A stretch of 64,000 nt of DNA from the NCBI GenBank assembly GCA_039714395.1, contig JBDLJH010000017.1, positions 9,006 to 73,005 on the forward strand. The letters are read 5' to 3'. Made by a program: the position numbers and the translations under genes. Of this stretch, positions 49,121 to 60,600 are shown piece by piece (the stretch's first letter is position 1; each line of letters starts with the position of its first letter). The notes below the pieces were generated by a model. It had not been told where the DNA came from and made no database searches. It saw only the letters and a program-made list of their open reading frames with translations. This DNA comes from Pseudomonadota bacterium. Lineage in GTDB: Bacteria > Pseudomonadota > Gammaproteobacteria > Thiohalomonadales > Thiohalomonadaceae.

Positions 49121-49882
49121 TTACGGAAGTTGGCTGGCACCACTGCCTTTACTATTGGCGATGATGCGTAGCTGGGGCAGGTTCTGTATGTATATGTGCT
49201 TACGCTGGACGATGAGAATGCCTTCTTCCTGGAAACGGCTGAAGAGGCGGCTTACGGTCTCTACTGCCAGTCCCAGGTAGTTGCCGATATCGTTGCGAGA
49301 CATGCTGAGGTAGAAGTCGGTGGGTGAGAAGCCGCGGCGCTGGTAGCGATCGGAGAGGCTGAGTAGTAGTGCCGCCAGACGCTCTTCGGCACTTCTTTTA
49401 CCTAATAACATTAATAGAGACTGGTCGTGCAGGATCTCTTTGCTCATTATCGTTAGCAGTTGGTGCTGCAGACTGGGCAGGCGGGTACTCAGTTCTTCCA
49501 GGCGGTCGAAGGGGATCTCACAAAGGCTGGTAGTCTCCATTGCCTTGGCAGCGCAGGGGTGATGTTTGAGGTGGATGGCATCCAGCCCCAGCAGCTCACC
49601 GGGCAGGTGGAAACCGGTGACCTGTTCATGGCCGTCCTCGGTGGGGGCATAGGTACGGATGGAGCCGGAACGTACCGCATAGATGGCCTGAAAGGGTGAG
49701 CCGACATGGAACAGGTGCTCGCCACGCTTGAGCGGGCGGCGACGCTTGATGATGCTGTCTAGCTCCTCCAGCTCATTGGCATCAATGCCCACGGGGAGGC
49801 AGAGCTGAAATAGGTTGCAATCGTTACAGGCGACTTTAACCCGTTCTGATTGGACCATAGTGTCGTTTGCTGGCTTAAGCAT
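49121..49882 (-). CDS. fnr: FNR family oxygen-sensing transcription factor
   Basis: 253 aa. N-terminal Cys cluster 'CNDCNLFQLC' plus 'SLCEIP'. Near-colinear with E. coli FNR, including 'GFHLPGELLG', 'NAEERLAA'-like 'SAEERLAA', and the recognition helix 'LGLAVETVSRL'. Confidence 0.95.
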   Translation of the reverse strand: MLKPANDTMVQSERVKVACNDCNLFQLCLPVGIDANELEELDSIIKRRRPLKRGEHLFHVGSPFQAIYAVRSGSIRTYAPTEDGHEQVTGFHLPGELLGLDAIHLKHHPCAAKAMETTSLCEIPFDRLEELSTRLPSLQHQLLTIMSKEILHDQSLLMLLGKRSAEERLAALLLSLSDRYQRRGFSPTDFYLSMSRNDIGNYLGLAVETVSRLFSRFQEEGILIVQRKHIYIQNLPQLRIIANSKGSGASQLP

Positions 49883-50054
49883 GGAGTATTTTCTGCCCTA
49901 TTTATCAGGGTGATAATACCGAATCGTCCAATAAATTACCCCCACATGCAATATCGGGGTGGATTTTCGGTGATTACCGTTGTTTAAACGGCAGAGAGTT
50001 AGGGGTATGCTATGCCCTCTTATTTATTATCAACTAAACGGCTGAGAGGATCCC

Positions 50055-50648
50055 ATGGCTGCACGCAAAGCCACGGTAAAACGAGATACCCTGGAGACCC
50101 AGATTGAGGTTACTGTCGATCTCGACGGCAGCGGTCAGGGCAAATTCGATACTGGCGTCCCGTTTTTTGAGCACATGCTCGACCAGGTGGCCCGTCACGG
50201 CCTGATCGACCTTGATATTAAGGCGCAGGGTGATCTGCACATCGATGCCCACCACACGGTAGAGGATATCGGCATCACCCTCGGCCAGGCCTTTGCTCAG
50301 GCCGCTGGCGATAAAAAGGGTATCCGCCGCTATGGCCACGCCTATGTGCCACTGGATGAGTCGCTGTCACGTGTGGTGATCGACTTCTCCGGTCGTCCCG
50401 GTCTTGAGTATCGCGTTGATTATCCGCGTGCACGCATCGGTGAGTTTGATGTGGATCTGCTGCAGGAGTTCTTCCACGGCTTTGTTAATCACGCCCAGGT
50501 GACTCTGCACGTCGACAATCTGCGTGGCAAAAATGCCCATCACATTGCCGAGACCGTCTTCAAGGCCTTTGGCCGGGCGATGCGTGAGGCACTGACTGCC
50601 GATGCGCGTATGCAGGGGATGACGCCCTCCACCAAGGGCAGTCTGTAG
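50055..50648 (+). CDS. hisB: imidazoleglycerol-phosphate dehydratase
   Basis: 197 aa. '[16 protein letters not shown]', '[13 protein letters not shown]' and 'HHTVEDIGI' are present. Confidence 0.95.
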   Translation: MAARKATVKRDTLETQIEVTVDLDGSGQGKFDTGVPFFEHMLDQVARHGLIDLDIKAQGDLHIDAHHTVEDIGITLGQAFAQAAGDKKGIRRYGHAYVPLDESLSRVVIDFSGRPGLEYRVDYPRARIGEFDVDLLQEFFHGFVNHAQVTLHVDNLRGKNAHHIAETVFKAFGRAMREALTADARMQGMTPSTKGSL

Positions 50649-50693
50649 CACGCCTACGATTCCTTATCTGAATTACGTTCCAGAGAGTTCATC

Positions 50694-51344
50694 ATGAGTA
50701 GCAGTGTGGCAGTGATCGACTATGGTATGGGCAATCTCCATTCCGTAGCCAAGGCCCTAGAACATACCGCCTGTGTCGATCAGGTTATCGTTACCCACGA
50801 GCCAGAGCGTATTCTGGCCGCCGATCGGGTGGTGCTTCCCGGCGTCGGTGCGATACGCGACTGTATGGCCGAGATTAAACGCCTGGGTATGGATCAGGTG
50901 ATCCGCGAGGCGATCAAGAGCAAACCCTTCCTCGGCGTTTGCATCGGTATGCAGGCGTTAATGGACTCCAGTGAAGAGAATGGTGGTACCGAGTGTCTCG
51001 GTATCCTGCCAGGTCACGTACGCTTCTTTGGCGATGACCTCACCGACCCCGATAGCGGTGCGGCGCTAAAGGTGCCGCACATGGGGTGGAATCAGGTGCA
51101 TCAGGAGATGGCGCACCCGCTGTGGCAGGGTATCGAACAGGATGCCCGATTCTATTTTGTACACAGCTACTACGTCAGCCCGGCGGATGAGAGTTATCTG
51201 GCGGGTAGCACGCATCACGGCCTCGATTTTGCTGCTGCACTGGCCCACGATAATATCTTCGCTGCACAGTTTCACCCGGAGAAGAGTCAGCATGTGGGGC
51301 TGCAGCTCTATGCCAATTTCCTTAAGTGGGATGGCAACGGTTAA
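50694..51344 (+). CDS. hisH: imidazole glycerol phosphate synthase, glutamine amidotransferase subunit
   Basis: 216 aa. '[11 protein letters not shown]', 'LPGVGA', catalytic 'GVCIGMQ', 'QFHPEKS'. Confidence 0.95.
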   Translation: MSSSVAVIDYGMGNLHSVAKALEHTACVDQVIVTHEPERILAADRVVLPGVGAIRDCMAEIKRLGMDQVIREAIKSKPFLGVCIGMQALMDSSEENGGTECLGILPGHVRFFGDDLTDPDSGAALKVPHMGWNQVHQEMAHPLWQGIEQDARFYFVHSYYVSPADESYLAGSTHHGLDFAAALAHDNIFAAQFHPEKSQHVGLQLYANFLKWDGNG

Positions 51345-51439
51345 TATTGGTTAAGTGGTGCTGCTTACGACGGCCGTAAGATAATTATGTGTAACAGTCG
51401 CGAACCCCGTCTCGCGACCGATTGATGAGGAAGTGAACG

Positions 51440-52195
51440 ATGTTGTTGATCCCCGCCATTGACCTGAAAGATGGTAAGTGTGTACGTCTTCGCCAGGGAC
51501 GCATGGAAGATGAGACCATCTTCTCTGACGATCCGGTAGCGATAGCCGCGCAGTGGGTAGAGGCGGGCGCACGTCGCCTGCACCTGGTCGATCTTAATGG
51601 TGCCTTCGCAGGTGAACCGGTTAATGGTGATGTGGTACATGCCATTGCCGAGGCCTTCCCTGAACTGTCGATTCAAATTGGTGGTGGTATCCGTGACGAA
51701 GAGACGGTACAGAGCTATCTCGACGCCGGGGTTCAGTACGTCATCATCGGTACCAAGGCGGTCAATGCACCACACTTCGTTAACGATTTGTGCATGGAGT
51801 TCCCCGGCCACATTATCGTCGGCCTTGATGCCAAAGACGGTAAGGTTGCCATTGACGGCTGGTCCAAGCTCTCCAAACACGATGTCATCGATATGGCAAA
51901 ACACTTTGAACAGGATGGTGTCGAGGCGATCATCTATACCGACATCGGCCGCGATGGGATGATGAGCGGCGTTAATGTTGAGGCCACGGTGAAACTGGCA
52001 CAGGCGATCAGCATCCCGGTGATCGCCTCGGGCGGCATCACCAATATCGATGATGTGAAGGCACTTTGTGCCGTGGCCGATGAGGGCATTACTGGCGCCA
52101 TCACCGGGCGTGCCATCTATGAGGGCACTCTGGACTTTGCCGAAGGGCAGGCACTGGCCGATAAGCTGTGCCCCGATGTGCCGATGAAGTTTTAG
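51440..52195 (+). CDS. hisA: ProFAR isomerase HisA
   Basis: 251 aa. '[17 protein letters not shown]', 'LHLVDLNGA', 'GGGIR' and 'IASGG' are present. Confidence 0.95.
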   Translation: MLLIPAIDLKDGKCVRLRQGRMEDETIFSDDPVAIAAQWVEAGARRLHLVDLNGAFAGEPVNGDVVHAIAEAFPELSIQIGGGIRDEETVQSYLDAGVQYVIIGTKAVNAPHFVNDLCMEFPGHIIVGLDAKDGKVAIDGWSKLSKHDVIDMAKHFEQDGVEAIIYTDIGRDGMMSGVNVEATVKLAQAISIPVIASGGITNIDDVKALCAVADEGITGAITGRAIYEGTLDFAEGQALADKLCPDVPMKF

Positions 52196-52197
52196 CC

Positions 52198-52971
52198 ATG
52201 CCTTTAGCCAAACGTATTATTCCCTGCCTTGATGTAGACAACGGGCGCGTCGTTAAGGGCGTGCAGTTTGTTGAAATTCGCGATGCCGGTGATCCGGTAG
52301 AGATCGCCAAGCGTTATGACGAGCAGGGCGCGGATGAGATCACCTTTCTTGATATTACCGCCTCTTCCGATGATCGCGAGACGATGATACATGTGGTTGA
52401 ACAGGTGGCTTCGCAGGTCTTTATTCCGTTAACCGTGGGAGGAGGCATTCGCAAGGTTGAAGATATTCGCTGCATGCTTAACGCCGGTGCGGATAAGGTA
52501 GGTATTAATACCGCTGCCGTGTTTAACCCCGAGTTTGTTAAAGAGGCAGCGGAGAAGTTCGGTTCGCAGTGCATCGTGGTTGCTATCGATGCAAAAAAGG
52601 TAAGCAAAGAGGGTGAAGAGAACCGCTGGGAGATCTTTACCCACGGTGGGCGCAAGCCGACCGGTATCGATGCCATCGGGTGGGCAAAAAAAATGGTCGA
52701 TTACGGTGCCGGTGAAATCCTGTTGACCAGTATGGATCGTGACGGCACCAAGGTTGGTTTTGATCTTGAGCTGACCCGGGCTATTTCCGATGCAGTTCAT
52801 GTACCGGTGATCGCCTCGGGTGGTGTTGGCAATCTCGATCACCTGGTGGATGGCGTTAAAGATGGTCATGCCGAGGCGGTACTCGCTGCCAGTATTTTCC
52901 ACTTCGGAGAGTACAGTATCGAAGAGGCAAAACGACGCATGGCCGATGCCGGGATTGAGGTTCGTCTGTGA
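52198..52971 (+). CDS. hisF: imidazole glycerol phosphate synthase cyclase subunit
   Basis: ORF 52168-52971 trimmed to the ATG at 52198 ('[21 protein letters not shown]'). '[11 protein letters not shown]' and 'IASGGVG' are present. Confidence 0.95.
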   Translation: MPLAKRIIPCLDVDNGRVVKGVQFVEIRDAGDPVEIAKRYDEQGADEITFLDITASSDDRETMIHVVEQVASQVFIPLTVGGGIRKVEDIRCMLNAGADKVGINTAAVFNPEFVKEAAEKFGSQCIVVAIDAKKVSKEGEENRWEIFTHGGRKPTGIDAIGWAKKMVDYGAGEILLTSMDRDGTKVGFDLELTRAISDAVHVPVIASGGVGNLDHLVDGVKDGHAEAVLAASIFHFGEYSIEEAKRRMADAGIEVRL

Positions 52972-53219
52972 ATGATGAGCAATTGATGCTGCTGGAACAG
53001 CTGGGTATTAGTCAGGCCGATTTTGAAAGAATGCAGACACTAGCGGGTGTATTGTTAGTGGTAACTGTAGTCTCGTTTGTTCTTACCCTGTGGCTGGCGC
53101 GACGCAAGAAACTGAATATGGGGTTCTGGACTTTTATGGTGCTACTAATGGGCCCCTTTGCACTGATGGCCATTCTGTTCGTTCCGGCAAAAGAGTCTAC
53201 ATCGGAGCCGCAGGCATGA
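52968..53219 (+). CDS. small two-TM membrane protein embedded in the his operon (hypothetical)
   Basis: 83-aa ORF. Its GTG overlaps the hisF stop (GTGA) and its stop overlaps the hisI start (ATGA). Two hydrophobic helices: '[19 protein letters not shown]' and '[20 protein letters not shown]'. Confidence 0.5.
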   Translation: MNDEQLMLLEQLGISQADFERMQTLAGVLLVVTVVSFVLTLWLARRKKLNMGFWTFMVLLMGPFALMAILFVPAKESTSEPQA

Positions 53220-53602
53220 GTGGCAACTGGCTCGATGAAATCAAGTGGGGCGATGACGGCCTGGTGCCGGTAATCGCCCAGGAAGAGAGCGGTAAGGTGG
53301 TGATGTTTGCTTTTATGAATCGCGAGTCACTGACATTGACTGCCGAGAGGGGCGAAGCGGTTTACTTCTCACGCTCGCGCAATAAGCTATGGCACAAGGG
53401 TGAAGAGTCGGGCCATGTGCAGAGAGTGAAATCGATTCGTACCGACTGCGATAAGGATGTGGTGTTGTTGACCATCGAACAGGTTGGCGGTATTGCCTGT
53501 CATACCGGGCGTCACAGCTGTTTTTATAATGAACTCGATGGCAATTCGTGGCAATCTGTGGAACCGGTACTTAAAGACCCCAAGGCGATCTATAACAAAT
53601 GA
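53216..53602 (+). CDS. hisI: phosphoribosyl-AMP cyclohydrolase
   Basis: ORF 53090-53602 trimmed to the ATG at 53216. '[25 protein letters not shown]', '[18 protein letters not shown]' and 'DCDKDVVLL' are present. Confidence 0.9.
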   Translation: MSGNWLDEIKWGDDGLVPVIAQEESGKVVMFAFMNRESLTLTAERGEAVYFSRSRNKLWHKGEESGHVQRVKSIRTDCDKDVVLLTIEQVGGIACHTGRHSCFYNELDGNSWQSVEPVLKDPKAIYNK

Positions 53603-53919
53603 GCGATACACTGAATCGATTGGCTGCCGTACTGGAGGAGCGCAAGTCCGCTGCGCCGGATAGCTCCTACGTCGCCAAGCTTTATAGCAAAGGCCTCGAC
53701 GCAATTTTGAAAAAGATTGGCGAGGAGGCGACCGAAACGGTAATGGCAGCGAAGGATGGTGATGCCGAGAAGATTATCTACGAGGTCGCCGACCTCTGGT
53801 TTCATACCCTGGTACTACTTAAGCAGCAGGGGCTGGAGCCACAGCAGGTACTGGATGAGTTGGAACGCCGTTTCGGTCTCTCTGGTCTTGAGGAAAAAGC
53901 GAACAGGAAGGATTCATGA
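53599..53919 (+). CDS. hisE: phosphoribosyl-ATP pyrophosphatase
   Basis: 106 aa. '[24 protein letters not shown]' and '[13 protein letters not shown]' are present. Confidence 0.9.
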   Translation: MSDTLNRLAAVLEERKSAAPDSSYVAKLYSKGLDAILKKIGEEATETVMAAKDGDAEKIIYEVADLWFHTLVLLKQQGLEPQQVLDELERRFGLSGLEEKANRKDS

Positions 53920-54254
53920 GCGACTGTCTGTTCTGTAAAATTGCTAACGGCGAGATCCCCGGCGATATCGTCTACGAAGACGACAAAATGGTGGTGTTTA
54001 AGGATGTCGCCCCCAAGGCAGAGGTACACCTGCTGGCAATCCCACGGGAACATATTGAGAGCCTAAATGGTCTTACTGAAGAGCACGATGCGCTGATCGC
54101 CTATATGATGCGACAGTTGCCACGGCTGGCAGAAGAACAGGGACTGGATAGTGGTTTTCGCACTATCATCAATACCGGGCCGGGTGGTGGTCAGGTAGTG
54201 TTTCATCTACATCTACATCTACTCGGTGGCAGTGGCCTACCGGGATTTCAATAA
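53916..54254 (+). CDS. HIT family (histidine triad) nucleotide hydrolase
   Basis: 112 aa. '[20 protein letters not shown]'. Histidine triad 'HLHLHLLGG'. Confidence 0.9.
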   Translation: MSDCLFCKIANGEIPGDIVYEDDKMVVFKDVAPKAEVHLLAIPREHIESLNGLTEEHDALIAYMMRQLPRLAEEQGLDSGFRTIINTGPGGGQVVFHLHLHLLGGSGLPGFQ

Positions 54255-54273
54255 TTTAGAGGAGTAATTCGTA

Positions 54274-54495
54274 ATGGGTTTTAGTATTTGGCAATTATTG
54301 ATTGTACTGGCCATCATCGTGCTGCTATTTGGCACCAAGAAGCTGAAGAATATCGGAGGCGATCTGGGCGGCGCAGTAAAGGGCTTTAAGAATGCCGTCA
54401 ATGAGGGTGAAAGTGAGAAGCAGTCTTCCATCGAGAAGAAGGAAGAGGGCGAAGTCATCGAGGGTGAGTCCACCCGTGAGAAAGACAAAGTTTAA
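54274..54495 (+). CDS. tatA: twin-arginine translocase subunit TatA
   Basis: 73 aa. '[32 protein letters not shown]'. Confidence 0.9.
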   Translation: MGFSIWQLLIVLAIIVLLFGTKKLKNIGGDLGGAVKGFKNAVNEGESEKQSSIEKKEEGEVIEGESTREKDKV

Positions 54496-54526
54496 TTAGT
54501 TCTAACTCACCTCTGGAAGATAATAG

Positions 54527-54895
54527 ATGTTTGATATCGGTTTCTGGGAGCTGAGCATTATCGGCGTGGTCGCGCTGATCGTGATCGGTCCTGAGCGCCT
54601 GCCGTCGGTCGCACGTACTGCCGGTCTGTGGTTCGGGCGTATGCGTGGCTTTGTCTCGACGATGAAGGCAGACATCGATAAGCAGCTCAAGGCTGAGGAT
54701 CTACAAAAAATTCTTAAAGAGCAGGCAGATAGTGCTGGTCTGCACGAGATCATAGAGGAGACCAAAGAGACTGTCGACTCCCTGAGTCAGCCCGCCGATT
54801 ATTTGGTAAAAAGCGACAGTAACGACGCCGCCGCTGCCGAGACATCCACCGATTCTGGCGAGGAAAAGCAGCAGGACAATGACAGCAAATCCTGA
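54527..54895 (+). CDS. tatB: twin-arginine translocase subunit TatB
   Basis: 122 aa. 'MFDIGFWELSIIGVVALIVIGPERLP'. Confidence 0.9.
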   Translation: MFDIGFWELSIIGVVALIVIGPERLPSVARTAGLWFGRMRGFVSTMKADIDKQLKAEDLQKILKEQADSAGLHEIIEETKETVDSLSQPADYLVKSDSNDAAAAETSTDSGEEKQQDNDSKS

Positions 54896-55745
54896 AAAGA
54901 ATACTCGTTCTAATGGTGAGGCCCCGTTCGTTTCGCACCTGATCGAGATGCGTGATCGACTGTTGCGTGTGGTGATTGCGGTGCTGCTGGTCTTCTGTGG
55001 TGTGTTCTACTTTGCCAACGACTTTTACAATCTTGTTGCTACCCCGTTGCTGGAGTATATGCCCGAGGGCACCAGCATGATCTCCACCAAGCCGGCGGGT
55101 ACTTTCTTTACGCCGATGAAGTTGGCGCTGGTGCTTTCTATCTGTGCCGCAATGCCTTACATCCTCCATCAGATGTGGGGCTTTGTCGCTCCGGCACTGT
55201 ATAAGCATGAACGCAAATTGGTTTTGCCGCTGCTGGTCTCCAGCTCTCTGCTGTTCTATGCAGGCATGGCCTTTGCCTATTTCGTGGTGTTCCCGTTGAT
55301 GTTTAAATTTTTCATCGCTGTCGCCCCGGAGGGGGTAACGGTAATGACCGACATCAGTGAGTATCTCGACTTCGTGCTAAAGATATTCTTTGCCTTTGGT
55401 GTTGCCTTTGAGGTGCCCATCGCTACCATTCTTCTTATCTGGACGGGTATGGCAACGCCGGAGAGCCTGGCGGAGAAACGCCCTTACATTATTGTCGGTG
55501 CCTTCGTCATCGGCATGTTGTTGACCCCGCCGGATATCATCTCGCAGACGCTGCTGGCTCTGCCGATGTGGATACTGTTCGAGTTGGGCCTGTTGGCATC
55601 ACGTTACTTTACCAAGCAGCGTGACGAGTCTGAGGAAGATGAGTCGGAATATGATCTCGATAGTGATGAGGATATGGATGAAGAGCTTGATCGCTATGAG
55701 GATGAAGAGGCCGCTCTTTCCCCTGATGATAAACAGGGCCCTTAG
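54879..55745 (+). CDS. tatC: twin-arginine translocase subunit TatC
   Basis: 288 aa, 6 TM. 'SHLIEMRDRLL' and 'FTPMKLA' are present. Acidic C-terminal tail. Confidence 0.9.
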   Translation: MTANPEKNTRSNGEAPFVSHLIEMRDRLLRVVIAVLLVFCGVFYFANDFYNLVATPLLEYMPEGTSMISTKPAGTFFTPMKLALVLSICAAMPYILHQMWGFVAPALYKHERKLVLPLLVSSSLLFYAGMAFAYFVVFPLMFKFFIAVAPEGVTVMTDISEYLDFVLKIFFAFGVAFEVPIATILLIWTGMATPESLAEKRPYIIVGAFVIGMLLTPPDIISQTLLALPMWILFELGLLASRYFTKQRDESEEDESEYDLDSDEDMDEELDRYEDEEAALSPDDKQGP

Positions 55746-55813
55746 TCGATAGTCTCATTGTTACCGTTTTGCCCTCGTCGTGCGCTATGCTTGAATGACG
55801 GACGAGGGATGCG

Positions 55814-57652
55814 ATGCCTGTAAAGTTACTGTTTTTTCTGTTGCTCTGTTGCGTGGCCGCCCCCAGCAGCGCAGACAGCCCGTTACGCGATCACTACTCT
55901 GCCTACCTGGCGATGCATGCCGATGATGCGGTGCAATGGCAGCTATGGGATAAAGAACTACTGGCTCGTGCTGAGCACGAACAGAAACTGATCTTCATCT
56001 CCAGTGGCTATTTTTCCTGTCACTGGTGTCACGTCATGCAGCGTGAGAGCTTTAACCACGAAGTGATCGCCAGCCTGCTCAATAGCGGATTTATCACGGT
56101 GAAGCTGGATCGTGAGCTCAATCCTGAACTCGATGCCCACCTTATAGAATTTGTTGAGAAGACGCGTGGTGTTGCCGGCTGGCCATTAAATGTCTTTCTT
56201 ACCCCGCAGGGTCATCCGCTGATTGGCAGCGGCTACCTTCCCGCCGATGAGTTTCTTGCGCTGATCAAGCGCCTGCAGGTGCGTTGGGAGAATGAGGGTA
56301 GCGGGCTTGCACGCCTGGCAGCGGAAGCCGCTGAGAAACTGGAGCACGAGCTGCCAGTTGCCCCTACTTTATCGCGGCATGAGATGGTGAGTGCGTTGCA
56401 GCAGTCCCTGCTTGAAACACTGTTTTTTCAGGCAGACTTGCTGGCCGGCGGCGTTGGTGATGGTGCGAAGTTTTCTCGGGTACCGTTGCTACAGTCACTT
56501 ATGTCACTGCCTGCTGAAGGGGAATTGGATGAGTTTCTACAGCTGACCCTGATGCAGATGGCCGATAATGGTCTGCGCGATCATATTGGCGGCGGCTTCT
56601 TTCGCTATACCGTAGACCCTGCCTGGCAGCAGCCCCACTTTGAAAAGATGCTCTATGATAACGCCCAGCTTGCCACTCTTTTTCTTGCTGCGGCACAGCG
56701 TTACCACAGTGATAAGTGGCGACGGGTGGGAATGGATACGCTGGATGCGGTATTGCGTGATTTCTCCCATAGCGGAGGTGGTTACGTCACCAGTCTTTCT
56801 GCCCTGGATGCCCGGGGGGAGGAGGGTGGCTATTACCTGTTGAACCGGCAGGAGGTTGATGATTTGTTATCTTTAGCTGAGCGCCGTGTATTTGACCTTG
56901 CCTGGCGTCTACAGGGCAGTGATGGCTGGCCTGGTGAGTTACCACTTTCTGTTATGGATGCAACGACGCTGGCCGAAACCTTGCATCTACCGTTGGCCGA
57001 AGCGGAACAATGGATGGCAAATATCCGTGGCACCTTGCTACAGCAGCGTGACAGGCGTGCATTGCCGCGTGATGAGAAGCGTCTGGCCGGTTGGAATGGT
57101 CTGATGCTCTCTGCCCTTGCCCGAGGTGTTGAGGCGGCAGGTACAGAGGGGGATGCCTATCGCAAAGCGGGTGAGGCATTGCAGCGTTATCTTCAGTCGC
57201 TGTGGGATGGTGAGCAGCTTTGGCGGCTGCGTGGTGCCGATGGAGCGGGGCTGGTGGCGGCGACCCTGGAAGATTATGCCTATGTGGCACAGGGTCTTTT
57301 CGACTGGTCTGAGGCGGTGAATGATAGTGTCTCCCAGCGTCTCGCTGCACGCCTGACGGGTGAGGCCTTCTATCGTTTCTTTCGTGATGGCAGCTGGCAG
57401 GCAGCTAGTGATACCTCGTCATTATTGCCCTCACAGCGTTTACTGAAAGGTGGGGCACTCCCTTCTGCTGCAGTGATAGTGGCACGTCTGGGGCGCCGAT
57501 TTGGTGCAGCATCACCGCTGATTCCGCGTCAGGTGGTTTCTGTATTGTTTGCTGACCCGCAGGGACTGTTACAGAGTCCGCTCGATTACCCCGGTTACAT
57601 CGCCGAGATCCAGCAACTGGAGAGACGTGCGAGTCGACTCAGCCTCGAATGA
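55814..57652 (+). CDS. thioredoxin-domain (DUF255/YyaL-like) protein with signal peptide
   Basis: 612 aa. N-terminal signal peptide. 'IFISSGYFSCHWCHVMQRESF' is the DUF255 thioredoxin-like motif. A C-terminal alpha/alpha-toroid-like region follows. Confidence 0.8.
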   Translation: MPVKLLFFLLLCCVAAPSSADSPLRDHYSAYLAMHADDAVQWQLWDKELLARAEHEQKLIFISSGYFSCHWCHVMQRESFNHEVIASLLNSGFITVKLDRELNPELDAHLIEFVEKTRGVAGWPLNVFLTPQGHPLIGSGYLPADEFLALIKRLQVRWENEGSGLARLAAEAAEKLEHELPVAPTLSRHEMVSALQQSLLETLFFQADLLAGGVGDGAKFSRVPLLQSLMSLPAEGELDEFLQLTLMQMADNGLRDHIGGGFFRYTVDPAWQQPHFEKMLYDNAQLATLFLAAAQRYHSDKWRRVGMDTLDAVLRDFSHSGGGYVTSLSALDARGEEGGYYLLNRQEVDDLLSLAERRVFDLAWRLQGSDGWPGELPLSVMDATTLAETLHLPLAEAEQWMANIRGTLLQQRDRRALPRDEKRLAGWNGLMLSALARGVEAAGTEGDAYRKAGEALQRYLQSLWDGEQLWRLRGADGAGLVAATLEDYAYVAQGLFDWSEAVNDSVSQRLAARLTGEAFYRFFRDGSWQAASDTSSLLPSQRLLKGGALPSAAVIVARLGRRFGAASPLIPRQVVSVLFADPQGLLQSPLDYPGYIAEIQQLERRASRLSLE

Positions 57653-60600
57653 GGCGATAGAGCAGGGGGATCAGCAGCAGTGTTACCAGCAGTGACATGC
57701 TCAGTCCGTAGATCAGAGTGATAGCCAGTGGCTGTAGCATTTCCGCCCCTTCTCCCCAGCTAAGGGCCAGCGGTAACATGCCGCAGACGGTGGTCAGCGT
57801 GGTCATCAGTATGGGACGCAGACGCAGTCGTGCACCTTCCAGCACGGCCTCATCTAATGTTAAGCCTGAGGCGCGCGCCAGGTCGAAATACTCAACCAGA
57901 ATAATGGCATTATTGACCACGATCCCGGCCAGCATGATCATCCCCAGCCACACCGGCATGGAGAGTGGCAGTTCGTTAATACTCAGGCCCAGGCCGACAC
58001 CGACCGCCGCAAAGGGAACCCCCAGTATGATCACCAGCGGATTGCGTAGCGATTCGTACTGCACAGCCATCACTACGAATACCAGGAACAGGGCCAGTCC
58101 TAATAGTAACTGGCTAGCTTGTTTGCCCTGTTGCAGGGTCTCGTATTCGCCGCCATCGTAAAGGGTGTAGCCAGGGGGTAACTCGAAGCTGGCAGTACGT
58201 TTACGTATTTCACGGTAGACCTCGCCGAAACTTAGCTCGCCAGATAGCGAAGCACTTACCTCGACGATACGTCGCTGACGATCTCGGCGGATTTCAGCCG
58301 GGGCGGCAATTAGCGTTACTTTGGCCACCTCAGCAAGACGAACAGACTGCCCACTGTCAGCGTGCAGGATTAGCTGCTCCAGTGCCAAAGGGCTATCGGT
58401 TTCGTAGTAGGGGAGGCGCAGGCGGATGTCGTAGGCGCGATCCCCCTCAAGGTAGTCGCTAATGGTCTCTCCGGTTAAGGCCAGACGAAGGGTGCGTCCC
58501 AGGGCCTGTGCATCAATCCCGAGGGTGGCGGCCCGCTGCCGGTCGATACGAATGCTCAGCTCCTGGCGCAGCTCCTCTGCGGAGTGCTCCAGATTGCGCA
58601 GTCCCGGTGTGCCGCGTAGTTGGGCGATGAGTTTGTCACCCCTTTGTTGCAACACTTCAAGCTCCGGGCCCTGTATACGCAGGCTGATGTCATCGTCACC
58701 GCCCCCCATGTTGATACCGCGAATACCTCGGGTGCGCATACGCACTTTGAGTCCGACAATAGACTCGGCCGCGATACGCTTTTGCATCCGTGCAATCCAC
58801 TCATCACTACTGGTATTGCGCTGATCACGGGGAGTTAGTTGCACCGTGATCGAACTTCGATTGGTGCTTTCACGTTCGGTACGCCCGAAGATGAAGCCGC
58901 CAACAAGACTAAATACATTCTCTACTTCAGGCTGCGCCTGTAGTAACTCCTCAATACGGCGCACATGGCTGTCCATTTCACTAAGTGGCGTCCCCGGTTC
59001 GGTGGAAAGACTAATGGAGACCTCTCCGCTGTCCATGCTGGGCAGGAAGGTTTCGCGGGCAGAGCTAAATTGCATGATGCTGAAGGCAAGACCACCGAGC
59101 AGGAGGGTAACCAGTAAAAGCTGTGCCACACGGTAGTGTAGTAGTCGACTAAGTATCGCACCGTAGCCAGTTTGTAGCCGAGTGATAAGGTGACTCATAC
59201 TGCGGCTAATCAGGCCGGGATTACCAAGTTTCAGCTGTACCGCCCAGGCGGGTACCAGAGTAAGTGCCACTACCATGGAGGCGAGTATCGCCGCGGAGAT
59301 GGTAAAGATAAGTTCACGAAACAGCAGTCCGATCAGGCCACCGATGAAGAGGAAGGGGAGGATGGCGGCAAGATTGGTGGTGGTGGCGGCGACGATGGCA
59401 CTATTAATTTCGCGTGCCGCTTCGGTTCCCGCCTCGGTACGAACCTCTCCGGCCAATTGGTGACGTTGTATGTTTTCCAGCATCACGATGGTGTTATCGA
59501 CCAGCATGCCCACCCCCAGTGCCAGGCCACCCAGGGTCATGATGTTGAAGGTGAGTCCCCCCAGCCCCATCAGGGCAAAGGTGACCATCACCGCCAGCGG
59601 GATGGCACTGCCGATGATCAGGGTGCGTCGCAGATCACCGAGAAACAGGAACACCACCAGCATCGCCAGCATGGTGCCGCTGAGGGCCGCCAGGGTGGCA
59701 TTGTTGAGGGCGTTGCGCACATAGATCGATTGATCGGAGACGGTGCGGATGGTGATCCCCGGTGGAATCAATTTTTGCTCCTGCAGCTGGGCCAGGCGCT
59801 GCTTGACCGCATCGACCACCTCCACGGTGTTGGCGCTGGGCTGTTTCTGTAGCGATACCTTGACCCCAGGGGTGCCATCAAGACGCACCTTGATGCGCTC
59901 ATCGCTGTGACCATCACTAACGCGGGCCAACTCCTCCAGGGCAATATTACCCCCGTCAGGGAGGGGCACGGGAAAGTGGCGGATCGCCTCAATGCTCTCA
60001 AAGCGTGCCGAGGTACGGGTGTTGAGATCACGCTGAGTGGTGGTCAGGCGCCCGGCGGGCAGCTCCTGATTGGCACGATGTAGTGTGTCGATCAGGTCAT
60101 CTAATTTTATTCCAAGGGCGGTGAGCCGGTGTTGATCCGGCTCGATCAGGATCTCGCGCACTACCCCGCCACCCACTTCCACCGCGGCCACCCCTGGTAG
60201 ATTAAGAAATTGTTTGGAGAAGTCGTAATCAACCCAGTCACGCAGTCTCACCGCCTTCATATTCTCGGCACTGATGACGAACTCGGCGATGGGTATCTGG
60301 GAGGGGTCGCGTTTGTATATTACGGGTGGCTGAATGGTGTCGGGGAGAAACCGCTTGGCGCGATCAAGGCGGGTACTGGCGTCGCGTAGTGCCAGGTCGA
60401 TGTCATGGCCGTAAGCAAAGCTGAGGTCAACACTACTGCCCCCCTCGCTACTGCGTGACTGTATCGAGATCGCCCCCTCGGTGATCGCCAGCTGCTCCTC
60501 CAACTGACGGGTTACCCGATCCTCCATAATGCCGGCAGGGACACCGGGGTCGAGGATACGTACACGGACATCGGGGTAGATCAGATGCGGTAACAGGTCG

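Noticed and set aside
54204-54221. Tandem hexanucleotide repeat (CATCTA)x3.
   Set aside because: This is simply the codons for the histidine-triad motif HLHLHL of the HIT protein, not a structural DNA repeat.
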